From Adineta vaga (lineage: Eukaryota; Animalia; Rotifera): DNA of 64,000 nucleotides. Location of the stretch: NCBI GenBank assembly GCA_021613535.1, contig CP075494.1, forward strand, positions 8,866,001-8,930,000, in the 5' to 3' direction. The stretch's first letter is position 1. Every line of letters begins with the position of its first letter. Positions 25,998 to 39,691 of the stretch are shown here, piece by piece. A model generated the notes under the pieces. The model was not told the origin of the DNA, made no database searches, and saw only the letters and a program-made list of their open reading frames with translations. The position numbers were made by a program, and so were the translations under genes.

Positions 25998-27610
25998 TTA
26001 AACTGAGGATGGTTTTGTGTCAGTAGGGTTTAAATTTTTAACAACTAATAATGATCCATCATTTGTTTCTCTTCGTTCTTTTTTACGGCCGATCATATTC
26101 CATAAAGTATACAATGATGTATTATTTCCATCATTTTCAATAATGGTTTTTGGAATATTACCATGTTTTTTATATTGATATCTATTCAATGATAATGAAG
26201 CATTTGTATCAGATAATAATGGTGATTTAGCTGTATAAGATTGACTTTGATGTCGATTTGTTGGGAGATTATATTGTTTTAAATAGAATGTTGGTAAACG
26301 TCGTGGTTTTCGATATAAACTATGACGATGATTATCAATCGAATAGAGTGAACCATGACGACTTGATTGATGTAATGCATTGGGTATTAAACTCACACGT
26401 CCATTAGGACCAAGTCGTGCAGTACCAGCAGCTTTATAACCATTTCTTCCACCGAATCTTGTTGGAAAGAAAAGTCGAACAAATTCTCGACGAAAAACTC
26501 GTCCAGTAAGTGCATATAAGAAAAAACTACATGAATGATTAACATATTGACATAATTCAGCAATAGCTTTTCCAATCGCTAAAGATGTATGATCATGATC
26601 AGGTTTTGTTATACTTTGTATAATTTGCATTAATGACATAGGAGCAGAGAAAATACAAAATGCAATACTGACGGATAATAACATTAATGTTACACGACGA
26701 CCCACACGTGTATTACTTGGTGAATTAGTTTGTATTGTTGAATTTAGTCCAAAGGATGAAGCTGATCGAGCAAGAAAACTTGGACTTGATGTTAATGTAT
26801 ATTGTCGATAATTATGTAAACGACTAAGATTTTGTAATTGGGCACTGATACCTTCAGCATGAAAGACTTGTTTGATAATCAATATACTTAATACAATGAG
26901 AATACAAAATGGTATTGCAGAATATTTCAATGCATCAATGAAAACAAAGATTTTTTCAACAAAATGTATTGCCCATGGTTTCGGATAACAAACAGGATAT
27001 TCATCATCGATTATTTTTAATTCATAAGTAATTAAAAAATGACCATCAATCAAAATAAATATTGTACACATAATTAATAAAACCTGATATAAAAATTTTC
27101 TCTTCGTTTTAAAAATTCAATCAAGTCTTTTTTTATCATCTCACCCATTTAGCGCGTCTAGTAGTACACATTTGTGAAGCATTCAATGGTCTTGATACAG
27201 CAAAATATCGTTCAAATGACATACAAACAATAATCCATACACTAAAAACGCATACTTTTAGTTTTTTTTTCAATTCATTTTCTTATGCATAAGTTTTACC
27301 TGGCATCAGCAAAGAAGACGAAAAGAAAAGGGAGTAATTTGCAGGTGAGATTGGATTTAACAACTAATGTCGGTAAATGCATCATATAAAACCATTGATT
27401 AAGGCATCCAGTCCATAGGACAAATGTATCGGTAACGGCTAATGTTGCCATATAAAAGCATGTTGATGATACACGCATACGTCTTCGACGCATGACAATA
27501 AAGGTTATTATATTGCATATGCTTCCGAATATGATTAGAATTGGTAAAATAATAGTTTCAATACGATGAACAATTGACAATATAGCTGAACTACTTGTAT
27601 CATTCGACAT
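25998..27610 (-). CDS. Class A peptide-receptor-like GPCR (FMRFamide/TRH-receptor-like), 3 exons
   Basis: GSICNIITFIVM, YMATLAVTDTFVL, SVWIIVCMSFERYFAVSRPL (exon 2), RRVTLMLLSVS, FCIFSAP and YVNHSCSFFLYALTGRVFR. Confidence 0.92.
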
Positions 27611-30600
27611 TGATGTACAGATGTAAGAACGAGAAAAGCTGAGTTTAATGTGAAATCATCTGAAAGCAAGATGGAAAAACAAGGTCAATCGATGATAATA
27701 GAAATAGGAAATTGAAAGATTTCTTTTTCTTTTATTTTCAATCTTTCCAACCACTAATTGTAGAATATTTTTCCTTCGGACTTCCGCAAGGAGAATAGTT
27801 AATATCTGAATACAACAAAAAAAACAGATAATAATCTCTTAAAGCTATTTATAAATTAGAAGAAAAATCTAATATATTCACAGAAGTTTTATTTTTCATA
27901 ATATTTCTTAGAGAGATTAACATCAATCATAACTGATTAATGAGCGTTGTTTTTCTTCATTCCAGATACAATTTCAATCAATATACTACTCGTTAAGATT
28001 CGACATTCTACTAGAATTTTGACATCTGTAAACCTAAGAATATACAAAGTTAAATGTGATGTAAAGACCAGAAAAATTATTTCTGTTCTTTCTCTTCGAA
28101 GTTCATTTATAATTATCTTTACATCAAAGGAATGATGTTAATCAGAATTTACTTCTACAAAACGGATTATTTGTAAGATTACTTAAGAAGAAAAAAAAAC
28201 GAATATTGATTAAGTAGACAAATAATATTAAGTAAATGCGTAGAAAGTGTTCTTTGTATTTTAGCACGATTTGAAAAAACAATATTCTTTCTGCTGACTT
28301 CAATAGGACTTGATTGGAGTTCATCGTAAGAAGAAGAAAAAATCTCAATAGTACTCAAATTAATATTAATGAATATAGATCTTTTTTCATCAGAGAATAA
28401 TTCAATCTGTCAAAATTTCTAAAAATACGATTGATCAAACGAATATCAATGTAGACATAATGTTTTCATCGATTCTATTTGCGTAAAACTGACTTGTTCA
28501 TTAACCTATCCTTATACTATAAATAAAAGACTACCTAATGAGCGTGAATAGACTTAAAACTCATTCATGCTCGGTTTCTAACAAGTGCTCATTAGTTATA
28601 TATATATATATTCGCATTTAACAAGAAAAATAAAGTTCTAATATTGAATTGATTTCAATGAAGAAAGTAATTTGTATACGATACTGACATGCTTAAGTAT
28701 AATATACAATAGAGAAAATGATGTCATAGAGATAATTATGAAAATATACGGAGTGTTTTTTTCGGAAATAATATCGGTGAATGTGCAATTAAGATCAATG
28801 ATATGAGATTCTTTTGAGAGTAGGAAAAAAAAGAAGAAAAATGTGGTATCTTTGAGTATAATTTGGAAAGAAAAAAGTGCAAAGTTTCAATTCTATGATT
28901 ACTATGACATGATCATAGAAACTCATCGATTGCCTGTCATAAAAAACAAAATATATACTCAGGACAACTCTAATGAAAGACTTGTTTCTTCTGACACATG
29001 AATGGAATTACAGAGAGAAAATGAATACATCCAGATGATTGTCATCATGCATTGTTTCGAATCAATTCGAAGGGCAAGTAAAAGAAAGCTCAAGATGAAT
29101 ATATATATATATATATGTTGTTCAATTTCTAATATATTTTTGTCTTAATGAACAAATCAAATCTGATAGATTTGATGTATTTGAAAGCAATGAGGACTCT
29201 AATCTCGAGGACATCTAAGTGTATTCTTTGATAAATTTACATAATCTGTTATTTTTGCTACTGACTTCATTTAGATTAATATTTAAATAGTCTCTTTAAC
29301 TCACTAGAGAGTTACTGCTTCTTTCCATGGAAATGATCAGCACTCTTAATCTTTCATATAAAATTTGTTCTATTGATAAAAACTAGTTTATATCGTGATT
29401 ATGAAAATGCTAAACGGCGGCTAATTTAAATGTCGAGCATATTACATTTGATCTGATCTTATAAGGTTTTCATATGAACTCTAAAAGGCATTAAAATAGT
29501 ATGATCTAAAACAAAGGACGAATATTCAGTATCATATAGCTCTCATGAATGAAAATGAGTAATAGAATTATTTACTTGTAAAAGTTGAAAGTTGATTTGT
29601 TCAAACTGCAATCTGATGATATACTATGTTCATGAACATTTTCAGAATGACAGTGTGCATCGAGAAATAATTTGTATGAAGAAGAAAAAAAAAATAACAG
29701 CAGAGGAAAAGGATATATTTATGTGTATATATAATGACAAAGTATAGTACTTAAAAGAATGATTTATATTATGATAAAGCATGTTTAAGTCTGAAATTAT
29801 TCTGCACAGATGAATATGAGATGTTTTTCTGCATTAAGATTATTAAAAATTCTAGTGTGATGTTAAAAACTGAAATACAATCGCAAAGAAATACGAATAT
29901 CAATTATTAAAAAAAATGATAGTTTTCTCCTTCTCACTTTTCTAATGCATCTTAAGATCAAATGCATCATATTTGATACGAGAGAATCGACCGATTCGGG
30001 CGGAAATGAATAGTTCAAGTATCGTTTCCTCTATATGACAGAAGAAAGTAGCATCTAGAGAAAAAAGATGTACTTATGTGCAACAATATGTATGAGTACC
30101 TGAAGACGATTAATTTCGATCTCCAAATGAATTACTAATCATCGTTTTATACTCATTTATCAAATTTAATTGAATTCTATAGTAGATAATTAAAAAAAAA
30201 TTAAAAAGGAAAGTTATTTCTGAAACCTTGTCATCGACAACATGTGTAAAAGGCAAAAAAAGCACTGCTGAGTGGAATCATTTGATGTTTTTTTTAAATA
30301 TGAGGTTCCGTCTGATTCTTTAAGAATAGAACGATCTAAATACAAGGCAAGAAAATATCTTCCTGTAATAAAAGAAGTAGCTTTGCTTTCGGCGATAAAA
30401 TGACAAGTTTTCTGTTTTTAAAATCCAGAGAACAAAAAACCCGTCAATCTCATTGACATTCCAACTGCCAATAGTCACATGTTTTTCTTCAATGTTATCA
30501 AAATATTATATTTACTTTTCTTTTTCTAGTCAGACAGACAGTTGCGTCGAAAGAAGACAACGGGCAGACATAATTTGACCATGACAACAATTGTAACGAA

Positions 30601-32336
30601 AGAAAAGAAAACATAATTATAATCATCAGATTAATAGTAACCTTTGAACGACAAGGAAATGGAGCATTTTGTCAATCAAGGTTTGACAAGTTAGAGTGAC
30701 AATGAACACTGAAATACAAACACAAATAATTATTGTAGTTGTATGTTGGTTTTTTTTTAAATATCTGATGAATAGAGCACATTTGAACATTTTCAATCTT
30801 GTTTATTACATGAATTTAACCTACAATCATCTATACATAGCATTTTGAACCATAGTCGATATAGAATAATCATTAATGTTAAATGTGTATGTGTATTTGA
30901 TTTCTGATATATCAGAGTGAGAAAGTTGAGATGAATGGAAAGACATCAATCGAGACATACATATATGTGAAATGATAATTACTCGATTGTTGTCGATAAT
31001 ATCTTTCTTCTCACTATCGTTTTGTTTACATGATCATGTCTGCATAGCTGTTGATCTAGGAGTAAATATTTTCGGTATCTTAATCATATCGACCTCATTT
31101 GATTATCTAATATATACACTTCTTGTTGTCGACATATTTTGAACATATACTCGTCTGGCATTGGTAATAGTGTATCGGTTATTGTTTTTTTTCGCTAGTT
31201 GCATAGACAAAAAGAAAATGAAAGTTTAGTGAAAAGATTTTCTTGATCTTTTCGTATTTATTCTAAAGCTAAATGAAGATTTGATTTTGTTCTAAGACGA
31301 ATAAATAGAACACAGACATTTCAATGGGCGGCTAAGCGTATACATAAGAGAGAAGAAGAAGAAGAAGAGATATGATGGACTCGTCATCGATTGCATAATC
31401 TTAATGGCGAAACTGTTTTCTGACTACTCGACTAAACACAGTTCGCTCGAATAGATATGTCAATGAAGAAAGAAAAGACGAGAAAAAGAGAGAAAGAGCA
31501 ATTGAGTTCTATGTATATAAAACTATACTATTTCGTCATAATTTGATTTTTCTAGAGTAGTTTAGTTAACTACAACAGTCATCGAACTCTATCTAATAGA
31601 ATCAAATCATTCATGATAGTTCAATATGAGTTTGAATTAGAGTCGATTTTCTTTCCATCAAACGCAAATTCATCATCACCTGATTTTGACAGTCAAGAGA
31701 AATAAGTAGATGTCGATTTGCAGATCATACTATATATATTTTTTTTTTGATTCATGACGTTAAAACGATATACGTATATTATTTATCATTCATATAATCA
31801 CAATCATTTGAATGACTATTTCGTTCATAGGAGTGTATTGACATCATTTTGAGAAGATTTATATGCGAATATTCAGGTATCTGTTCATATGAATATATAT
31901 GATATCAAAGAGGAAAGAAAGAGAAGAAAAAGTAAGTGCTGATTAAAAACTCGATTAAGTCACGCTCTTTCGTCATCTATGATACTTTGCATTGCTCATT
32001 CATACGTATTAGTTTTAATCTTATGATAAATGTATCTAAGAGCTAAAAAAAGAATTGTTTTTAATAGAAGTAGTACTATGCAGATAGATCATAACAGATT
32101 CATCGTTCGATATAGAAGTGTTTCATCTCTTATATTTTAAAATTAATCTATGAAAAGAATGTTACCAGTGACTTTGAATAGATTTATATACATGAGTAGA
32201 CCTTGAATAATGACAATCAACTACTGAACAATGTATTCAAAATTCGATGATAACGATCGATTTTATCGTTGTATATATATATATATATCTATCGCTTTCT
32301 ATCTTTATATATTCTAGTTATTGAGATGTGACCTAT

Positions 32337-34129
32337 ATGACAATGATGAATTTCGATCAGATTTCAAATAATTATCTTGTTCAAATAGCTTCACGTAGTG
32401 AAGAATTTATTCTTCCATGTTTATTATTAATTGGTACAACTTGTAATACTTTAACATTTATTGTAATGAGACATGGTCGAATGCGACATTCATCATCATG
32501 TTTTTATATGGCTGCATTGGCTGTAGCTGATACATTTGTTCTTTGGATTGGTTGTCTTAATCGATGGTTAGAATTATTAGATAAACAACGACCAATTCTT
32601 GCATGTAATCTTTGTTGCAAATTTGGTACATTTGCATTCTTTTTCTTTGCTGATTGCAGGTAAATACTTAACATATTAGAACGAGTTCAATGGTTTACTT
32701 TCTCTTTTGAGATTGAAAGCTAGGTAATAATAGATGTACTTCATCATATTTTTATTCTAAATCCTCCGGTAAAGTTCGTGACAGTACTTCTACTTGATTA
32801 AAGCTAAGATCTATTAATAGAAGATAATTATCCTATAATTTTGTCTTTTTTTTTTATAAAAATAGATTCTTGATTTACTAAGTCATTTTAATTCTAGTGT
32901 ATGGATAACTGTTGCAATGACATTTGAACGCTATATAGCTGTATCACAACCACTTCGTGCCAGTCAAATTTGTACAATAAAACGAGCACGATATATGCTT
33001 TTATGTGTTATAACAACATTCTTCTTGATTAATGCACATTTTTTATGGACATTTCATTTATCACCAAGTCGATCATATTGTATTCCATTGAATGATCAAT
33101 CGTTATTCTTAAAATATTTTACATGGTTTGATTCATTTAAGTATTCATTTTGTCCATTTACAGTTTTGATTACATTGAATATTTTAATTATACAAAGTTT
33201 ATTAAATGCACGAAATACAACGAAATTATTAGAACAACAAACAACCTATGTAAAGAAAAATCTGAATACAAAAACATCCATATCATTTTCATCGACATCA
33301 ACAAATAATAGTGGAATGACATTGCTGAAGAAAACGATGAATAAACATGATCAACATGTTTCAACAAAAGCATTAGCATATCGACGTGTTAACCGTCGTT
33401 TAACAACAATGTTATTGACAGTATCCTTTGCTTTTTGTATTTGTTCAATGCCTATTTCTATCATGCAAATAATCGATGCAATCTATTCGGATATTAATCA
33501 ACGATCAGTTACCTTGAGTATTACAATAACCATTGGAAAAATGATCGCTGAAATATCACAATATATTAATCATTGTAAGTTTATCTTCTTTGGTTTACAA
33601 ACGTTTCATATTCTTTTTAATTTTAGCATCAAATTTTTTTCTCTATGCATTTACTGGTCGAGTATTTCGTCATGAACTTCGTCGATTATTTACTTGTCAA
33701 CGATATCGATTCTTCTCGTCATCATCTCAACATTTACGACATCGAGCAGAAAAATACTTACCAAATTATAATCCAACTCAAGGTGTTCATCAACAGTTTT
33801 ATTCACATGGAAAATGTCATACAAAAATAGTCATTGCACCAAAACATCTTTTATCTCTACCACAAAATGATACTTATCGACAAAGTATTTGTAGTACTTA
33901 TTCATTATCACAAGTTCCAATTTCAAGACAAAATTCACCGTATCATCATCTACCAATGGTCACACCAACAGCATCAACAATGCTACTAGAATCAACATCA
34001 TTAGGAATGAAACCCAAGACAACAATTTGTTCATTGATTGACAAATTTAAAAATGAACAAACAAAACCTTTATTCGGTACATCGAATATTAAACCTTATG
34101 GTTTCATTGATACAATTGCAAATTCATAA
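32337..34129 (+). CDS. Class A peptide-receptor-like GPCR, 3 exons, paralog of 25998-27610
   Basis: GTTCNTLTFIVM, YMAALAVADTFVL, SVWITVAMTFERYIAVSQPL, RRLTTMLLTVS and YINHSSNFFLYAFTGRVFR after splicing. Confidence 0.92.
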
Positions 34130-34414
34130 GACATAAAAAGAAATCTCTCTTTTTTTCTTTTGTATATTTCAAACAGTAATTCTCATCTATGTGCAATTTA
34201 AAATCAAAAAATAAAGATTAAAAAATCTATGATCTGTACTCAAGGATCTCGATTTATTTGAGACATCAAGTATGTTTTATTAACTTATCGTGAAATAAGT
34301 TTTATCTTAATCTAATCCGTTTGATAAAGATATTTTTATCAGTTAGAATTCTATCGTTTTGAAGGTTAGTCTTATCCATCAATTAGAATTCAAGGACTGT
34401 ATAGATTATTTTCA

Positions 34415-35939
34415 ATGAAAGAATTGATTCTCATTCTGTTCATACTGACTAAATACAGTCAGCAACAACTTACGACACTTTTTAATTGTACGTTTGATTC
34501 TGGTCTAATTGATGATTGTATGTTCAATGGACTTATCCCATTCAATGATATCTTAGATGTGGATGAAGGTCAAACAATGATCGATTCATATGATCGACCA
34601 TTTTCAGATGTAACATCTGTGTGTAAGTAAATAGGAACTAGTGAAATTTAATAATAAACTGATTGATGTAGTTTCACCTACCATAAACGGAGATATGTGT
34701 GAATTTCCGTATGATCTAAATGGATGGCCGATGCATTTTTGTATCTATGAAGAAAATTCCAACAATTATACTTGTCCAACTAAATCAGGAAATCAAACAT
34801 GTTTACAAGGTATTTTTTCATGATGTAACTGATATATCCAATTGCAACGTTTTTTAGGTCGGTATGGATACAAAACAACATCTGATTCCAAAGGTTTTGT
34901 TGGAATTTACAAATCCAATAGTACAATTCTTCGTACTTCTATTGATGAACAACATTGTTTACGTTTTTATTACTATTTTACGAATAATTTCCAATCATCA
35001 TCAATTAGTTTTCGTATGCATACAGACGCGAATATAACAAGCAGTCAACATATTGTAATTGTACTTCCAAATGATGAACAAAAATGGTATTTTAGTCAAA
35101 CAACATTTACACCTGTCGCTGATGAATATTATGTGAGATAAAATGTAGTATTTCAATAGAATTTAATCTTATTTCTGATTTTCTTAGCTGATTTTCGTTC
35201 TATTACGGAGAGAAAATTATAATCATACGACTAATTTTACATTTGCTCTTGATAATATATCCATTATAAATGGACCATGTGGTATGGAGATAGAGAATTT
35301 TTCTATAAAAATGTATATTTTCTTAATTTTAGAGTCTCTTGTGACTGCTAGTCCAGCAGCAACAACTACTACTACTTCGATATTAGTAAGAATACGTATC
35401 TATATGTCAACAAATACTATCACTATTGTTTTTTATAGAGTAAAACATCTACTACATCGACAAAGATGATGATCTTTACAACAGACAGAACAACAACAAC
35501 AACAACGAAAGTTATGTCTGAATCATCAACTTCTCCTCCTCAAACAACACGTGTAATGACAACAACTACCATGATTTCAACTGAAACGGTATTTATTAGA
35601 GCAATTCTTTCTATAATCCGATAGGTTTTACCATTTTGATCGCTTTCTCTCTCGCTCTCAAGAATTAGCAAATAAAATGAACTCTCGTTTGATCTTGTCA
35701 TACTCTATGTATTCAACAAAAGACTAAATTCTGTACATTGTTTTCATTTATAGACAACAATCCCTGTGATCACATCGGTAACTACATCCGAACGTAAGAA
35801 GACATCTTTATTACTGATATTTATATTTGTTAATTCATTGTTAGTGAACAACTTCGGTGAAGTATTACGTTCAACGATGTTTGCATTATTTACAATACCT
35901 ATTGTTACTGTCTATAATATCATGAAATTTACATTCTAA
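34415..35939 (+). CDS. Secreted or membrane-anchored MAM-like domain protein with a Thr-rich mucin stalk, multi-exon
   Basis: Signal peptide, CTFD, HCLRFYYY, WYFSQTTF and FALDNISIINGPC (MAM hallmarks). Several small Thr/Ser-rich exons and a hydrophobic C-terminus follow. Stop 35937-35939. Confidence 0.75.
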
Positions 35940-36279
35940 ATGTTATTGTGGAAGGTTTTTCCCTATCATTTTCTGGATTTTATTTTTAAAAGCTATTGTA
36001 AATCCGGATTTCTTCGGACAAAAATATAATCTATTCAATTTTCTACGCAAAAAACCTTTATATATGATGCGTGACTTTATTTTAAGAAGATTTTTGGTCA
36101 CAAAATACTTTTCTATATATAATTAGAATTGAACTACTTATCAAAAGAAGTAAAGCTTTTAATATTTCTAAATCCATACTGTTTTATTTTCGTCTATTCT
36201 TTCAAGAATTGAAATGAACACTTGTGGATTATTAAGTTTTTATTTTCAATGAATCAATATATAGAATGAAAAATTTTAG

Positions 36280-37218
36280 TCAAAATCGAACACTTGCAGT
36301 TTGCATCGATGGACGTGCAAATCTCCTTTGACTAGCTTTGAATAAATTGATTAATTCATGTCGATAAAATGGTGTACAAAGTGTATAGACATAAAAACTT
36401 AGAGCAAAAGTCATATTAAATAGAAGACTAAATATTCGAAATAGATTATAAAGAACTCTTGTATATGCTGTTGGCATGAAAACTAAAATAACATATGTCA
36501 CTGTAAATGGAACGGTACAAATAATATGTGATAAAACATAAATAAAAAGCATCTTCAATAAATGATTATCACGTTGACGTAAACGTGTTTGATTAATAGG
36601 CATAATACGTAATCGTTGTTGACGAAGAAGTATCAATGTTATAGTACATAAAATGGTCATTAAAATTGGTGGTGTTGTGCATAGAAATAGAAATAAAAAC
36701 AAAGATAATACTTTAGTATAAGTGGAATTTGAACTGATGCAATATGTAGTAGTTGAAGAAATTTGAAGTGCATACCAAACTGGTACATGAGAATAAGCAA
36801 GAAATACTATAAAAACCATTGTAGGAATTAAACAAGATGCAATTTTTATTGAAGCAATTCTTCTTAAGTGTACGTTCGCTGAACTGGTACATAAACGATC
36901 AAAACAAGCCAGAACAATAAAATACGGTGATAAAGTATATAGACTATCATTTAAATAAGTTTTTGTTCGACAAAAAAAATTCGATTGTCTAGATAATTCA
37001 ATATCAAATTGACTTGAAAGCCATCCGGGCAGAACAACAATATAAAGTACAAGAAGATCATTGAATGAAAGTGCACGAAAATATAATGAACATGAAGTAT
37101 TTCGTAAAGATCTTTGTGTAAAAAATAAAATTTGATTGAGCAATGCTCCAATAGTTCCAAGTAAAATCAATGGTGGTTGAGAATAACGAGCTATTTCAAA
37201 ATAGAGTGAATCTGTCAT
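36280..37218 (-). CDS. Intronless class A GPCR (lineage-expanded orphan family)
   Basis: 312 aa with 7 hydrophobic segments; GTIGALLN, LSFND, CFDRL, ICTVP and SFYVYTLCTPFYR. Confidence 0.9.
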   Translation of the reverse strand: MTDSLYFEIARYSQPPLILLGTIGALLNQILFFTQRSLRNTSCSLYFRALSFNDLLVLYIVVLPGWLSSQFDIELSRQSNFFCRTKTYLNDSLYTLSPYFIVLACFDRLCTSSANVHLRRIASIKIASCLIPTMVFIVFLAYSHVPVWYALQISSTTTYCISSNSTYTKVLSLFLFLFLCTTPPILMTILCTITLILLRQQRLRIMPINQTRLRQRDNHLLKMLFIYVLSHIICTVPFTVTYVILVFMPTAYTRVLYNLFRIFSLLFNMTFALSFYVYTLCTPFYRHELINLFKASQRRFARPSMQTASVRF

Positions 37219-37491
37219 ACTTTCTATTCAGTTGAATAAATGAATAGATTTGTTTTTCAAATTTATCTTGAAAACAAAAAAATATCTCATTACTTTCAAT
37301 TATCAGATTATTTTAAAGAGCATTAATATCATCGAGACATTATCATGCACATCGATATTCAGTTTATTTTAAAACATTTGATTGAATAACTGTCAATTAA
37401 AATTAACTGTCAAAATATATTTAGATTAAAAGTGATGACGACAGAAGAAATTTAACAAAGTTGAATAATCAGAAAATATTTCGTTAGTTTA

Positions 37492-38454
37492 TTAATCGCC
37501 AGGCATATTTGTTACTCTTCGTATGTGCATATGATTATCTTTATTATTCAATTGTTGAAATCGTCGATAAATTGTTTTGAATAAACTGAATAATTCAGCA
37601 CGATAAAAAGGTGTACCTAATGTATAAATATAAAAACTTGTTGCATATATTAAATGAATTAAAAAATGGAATATTTGGAATAGAAAATCCAATGTTGGTG
37701 ACAATCGATCTTGATTTCGAATAACGATTAAATATGTTGTAGCAAATGGAACTGTGCAAATAATATTCCATGTAACATAGATAAAAAGCATTTTCAACAA
37801 TTGATTATCACGATGACGTAAACGTGATTGATTAACAGGCATGATTCGATGTCGTTGTTGTCGAAGTAAAATAAACGTAATACTACAAAAAATAATCATC
37901 AATATGGGAGGAGTAAAACAAATCATACAGAGTAAAAATATAGCCAGAAAATTATTGTACGTCAGATCAGTTATCTTACAAACTTGATCGGATGGAATAA
38001 CAATAAGTTTAAACCACACTAGAACATGTAGATAAGCGAGACATATAATGATAATTATTACAGGAATAATAAACGATGCAATATGTATTGTAGAAATTTT
38101 TCTCAATCGAGCATTGGTTGAACTTGTACATAGACGATCGAAACAGACCAAAACGAGAAAATAGGGTGATAAGGAATAGAATACATATGTTAAATATGAG
38201 AATAGTTTACAATACCATTCATATTGATTTGCTGGATTAATATCAAATACCACATCTAACCATTGAGTTAATATAACACACCAAATGACAAGAAGATCAT
38301 TCGCTGCCATCACTCGAAAGTATAATGCACAGGATGTTGATCGTAATTGTTTTCGAGAATAGAATAAAAGTTGATTTAATAGAGCACCAATAGTACCTAA
38401 AATAATAATCACTGGTTGAATATAACGAATCAATTGTTCATTTATGAATTCCAT
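37492..38454 (-). CDS. Intronless class A GPCR, tandem paralog of 36280-37218
   Basis: 320 aa. Shares GTIGALLNQ, LSPYF.VL.CFDRLCTSS and LLRQQR.RIMP.NQ.RLR.RDN.LLKMLFIYV with its neighbour. Confidence 0.9.
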   Translation of the reverse strand: MEFINEQLIRYIQPVIIILGTIGALLNQLLFYSRKQLRSTSCALYFRVMAANDLLVIWCVILTQWLDVVFDINPANQYEWYCKLFSYLTYVFYSLSPYFLVLVCFDRLCTSSTNARLRKISTIHIASFIIPVIIIIICLAYLHVLVWFKLIVIPSDQVCKITDLTYNNFLAIFLLCMICFTPPILMIIFCSITFILLRQQRHRIMPVNQSRLRHRDNQLLKMLFIYVTWNIICTVPFATTYLIVIRNQDRLSPTLDFLFQIFHFLIHLIYATSFYIYTLGTPFYRAELFSLFKTIYRRFQQLNNKDNHMHIRRVTNMPGD

Positions 38455-39152
38455 TCAAATAAAATTTAGTTCGTATAGTAATACAGTTATTCTCAGAATG
38501 CTTTGAAATGACTAAATGATAAGCATTCATGTCATAGTTAGATTAATTTGATGTAGATTTATTTTGGTTTTTCAACAGAGAATTAATTAGAACTGTCAAA
38601 GTCGACGGTTAGTCGGTGTATGGTGCTGATAGACATGATGTATCATTCATATACGAAGTATTTCTAGGAATGACGACATCTTTTTAATCATACTTTTTTT
38701 ATAGAAATCTAAAAAAAAGAGATGAATAATCTATGCATCATGAAAAGAATGCAAAGTACACTTTCTCAGACAGTTCTTTTAAAAAGTATTTTGTCATAGA
38801 AATGATAAATACAATAGCTGATACATTTTCGAGTGCTTTTTAATAATTATACAGAATAAGATCTAATTCATGGATGAATGTACTTATCAATCTACGAAGA
38901 ATGTTTCTATAATCAAACACATAGTTTTAATTCAGAGACTTTTATACGCTTCGCTTTTGATAAAGTCTCCATTCTTATCTATGATTTCATTGAAGTAATG
39001 TACAATGAGAATGTAAATAGTCTATTTGTCAATACTTTTTATTCGAAACAACTTCTAGAAAAATCAATAGTTTAATCAAACGATAAAAAAAACAAATTTG
39101 TACATAAATAAACAAAAATCACAAACAGGCTCAATAAACATCAAATCAATTA

Positions 39153-39691
39153 TCATAGAATGGATAGATTTGTTTTATCCTTCTTGGCACGTACAATTTT
39201 AATGGATGCTTGCCGTTGAAAAGCACAAATCATCATATGTTCCATATATAAATCTTTATTACGTAAACATCGACGACATAGTTGACATTTAAATAAGATC
39301 TAAATCAATCATATACAAAACTATTATTGAATTTAAATCTATTCAACAAACCAAATACCAATGAATGCATTGATCGATTATTCGTAGTCGAAGATTTTGT
39401 AATTATCGGAGAAATTCGAGGTGAAAGTGATAAACGTTCATCATCGTCATCAATATCATTATTGTTTGTTAAACTCAAAGTAAACTTTCGTTTATTTGAT
39501 GATTCATTATGATCAGTTCGTTTACGTTTATTATCGATTGATTTAATTGCCGCGAAACTTTATATTTTGAGAAAGGAAAACTTTATTACAAGAATAGGAA
39601 TTCTCATTTATTTTTACCGTGGTTGGGCCTTCAGTGGTAATTGTTGTTCTTCCAACCATTTAGTTGCCATTCTAGTGAATAAATGACCCAT
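39153..39691 (-). CDS. Small (~140 aa) protein with a basic NLS-like segment and a C-terminal C2HC zinc finger, 3 exons (not in the ORF track)
   Basis: Spliced: MGHLFTRMATKWLEEQQLPLKAQPR|FAAIKSIDNKRKRTDHNESSNKRKF...DIDDDDER...|ILFKCQLCRRCLRNKDLYMEHMMICAF...SIL*. Canonical introns keep the frame. The start could instead be the second ATG (39668-39670). Confidence 0.7.
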
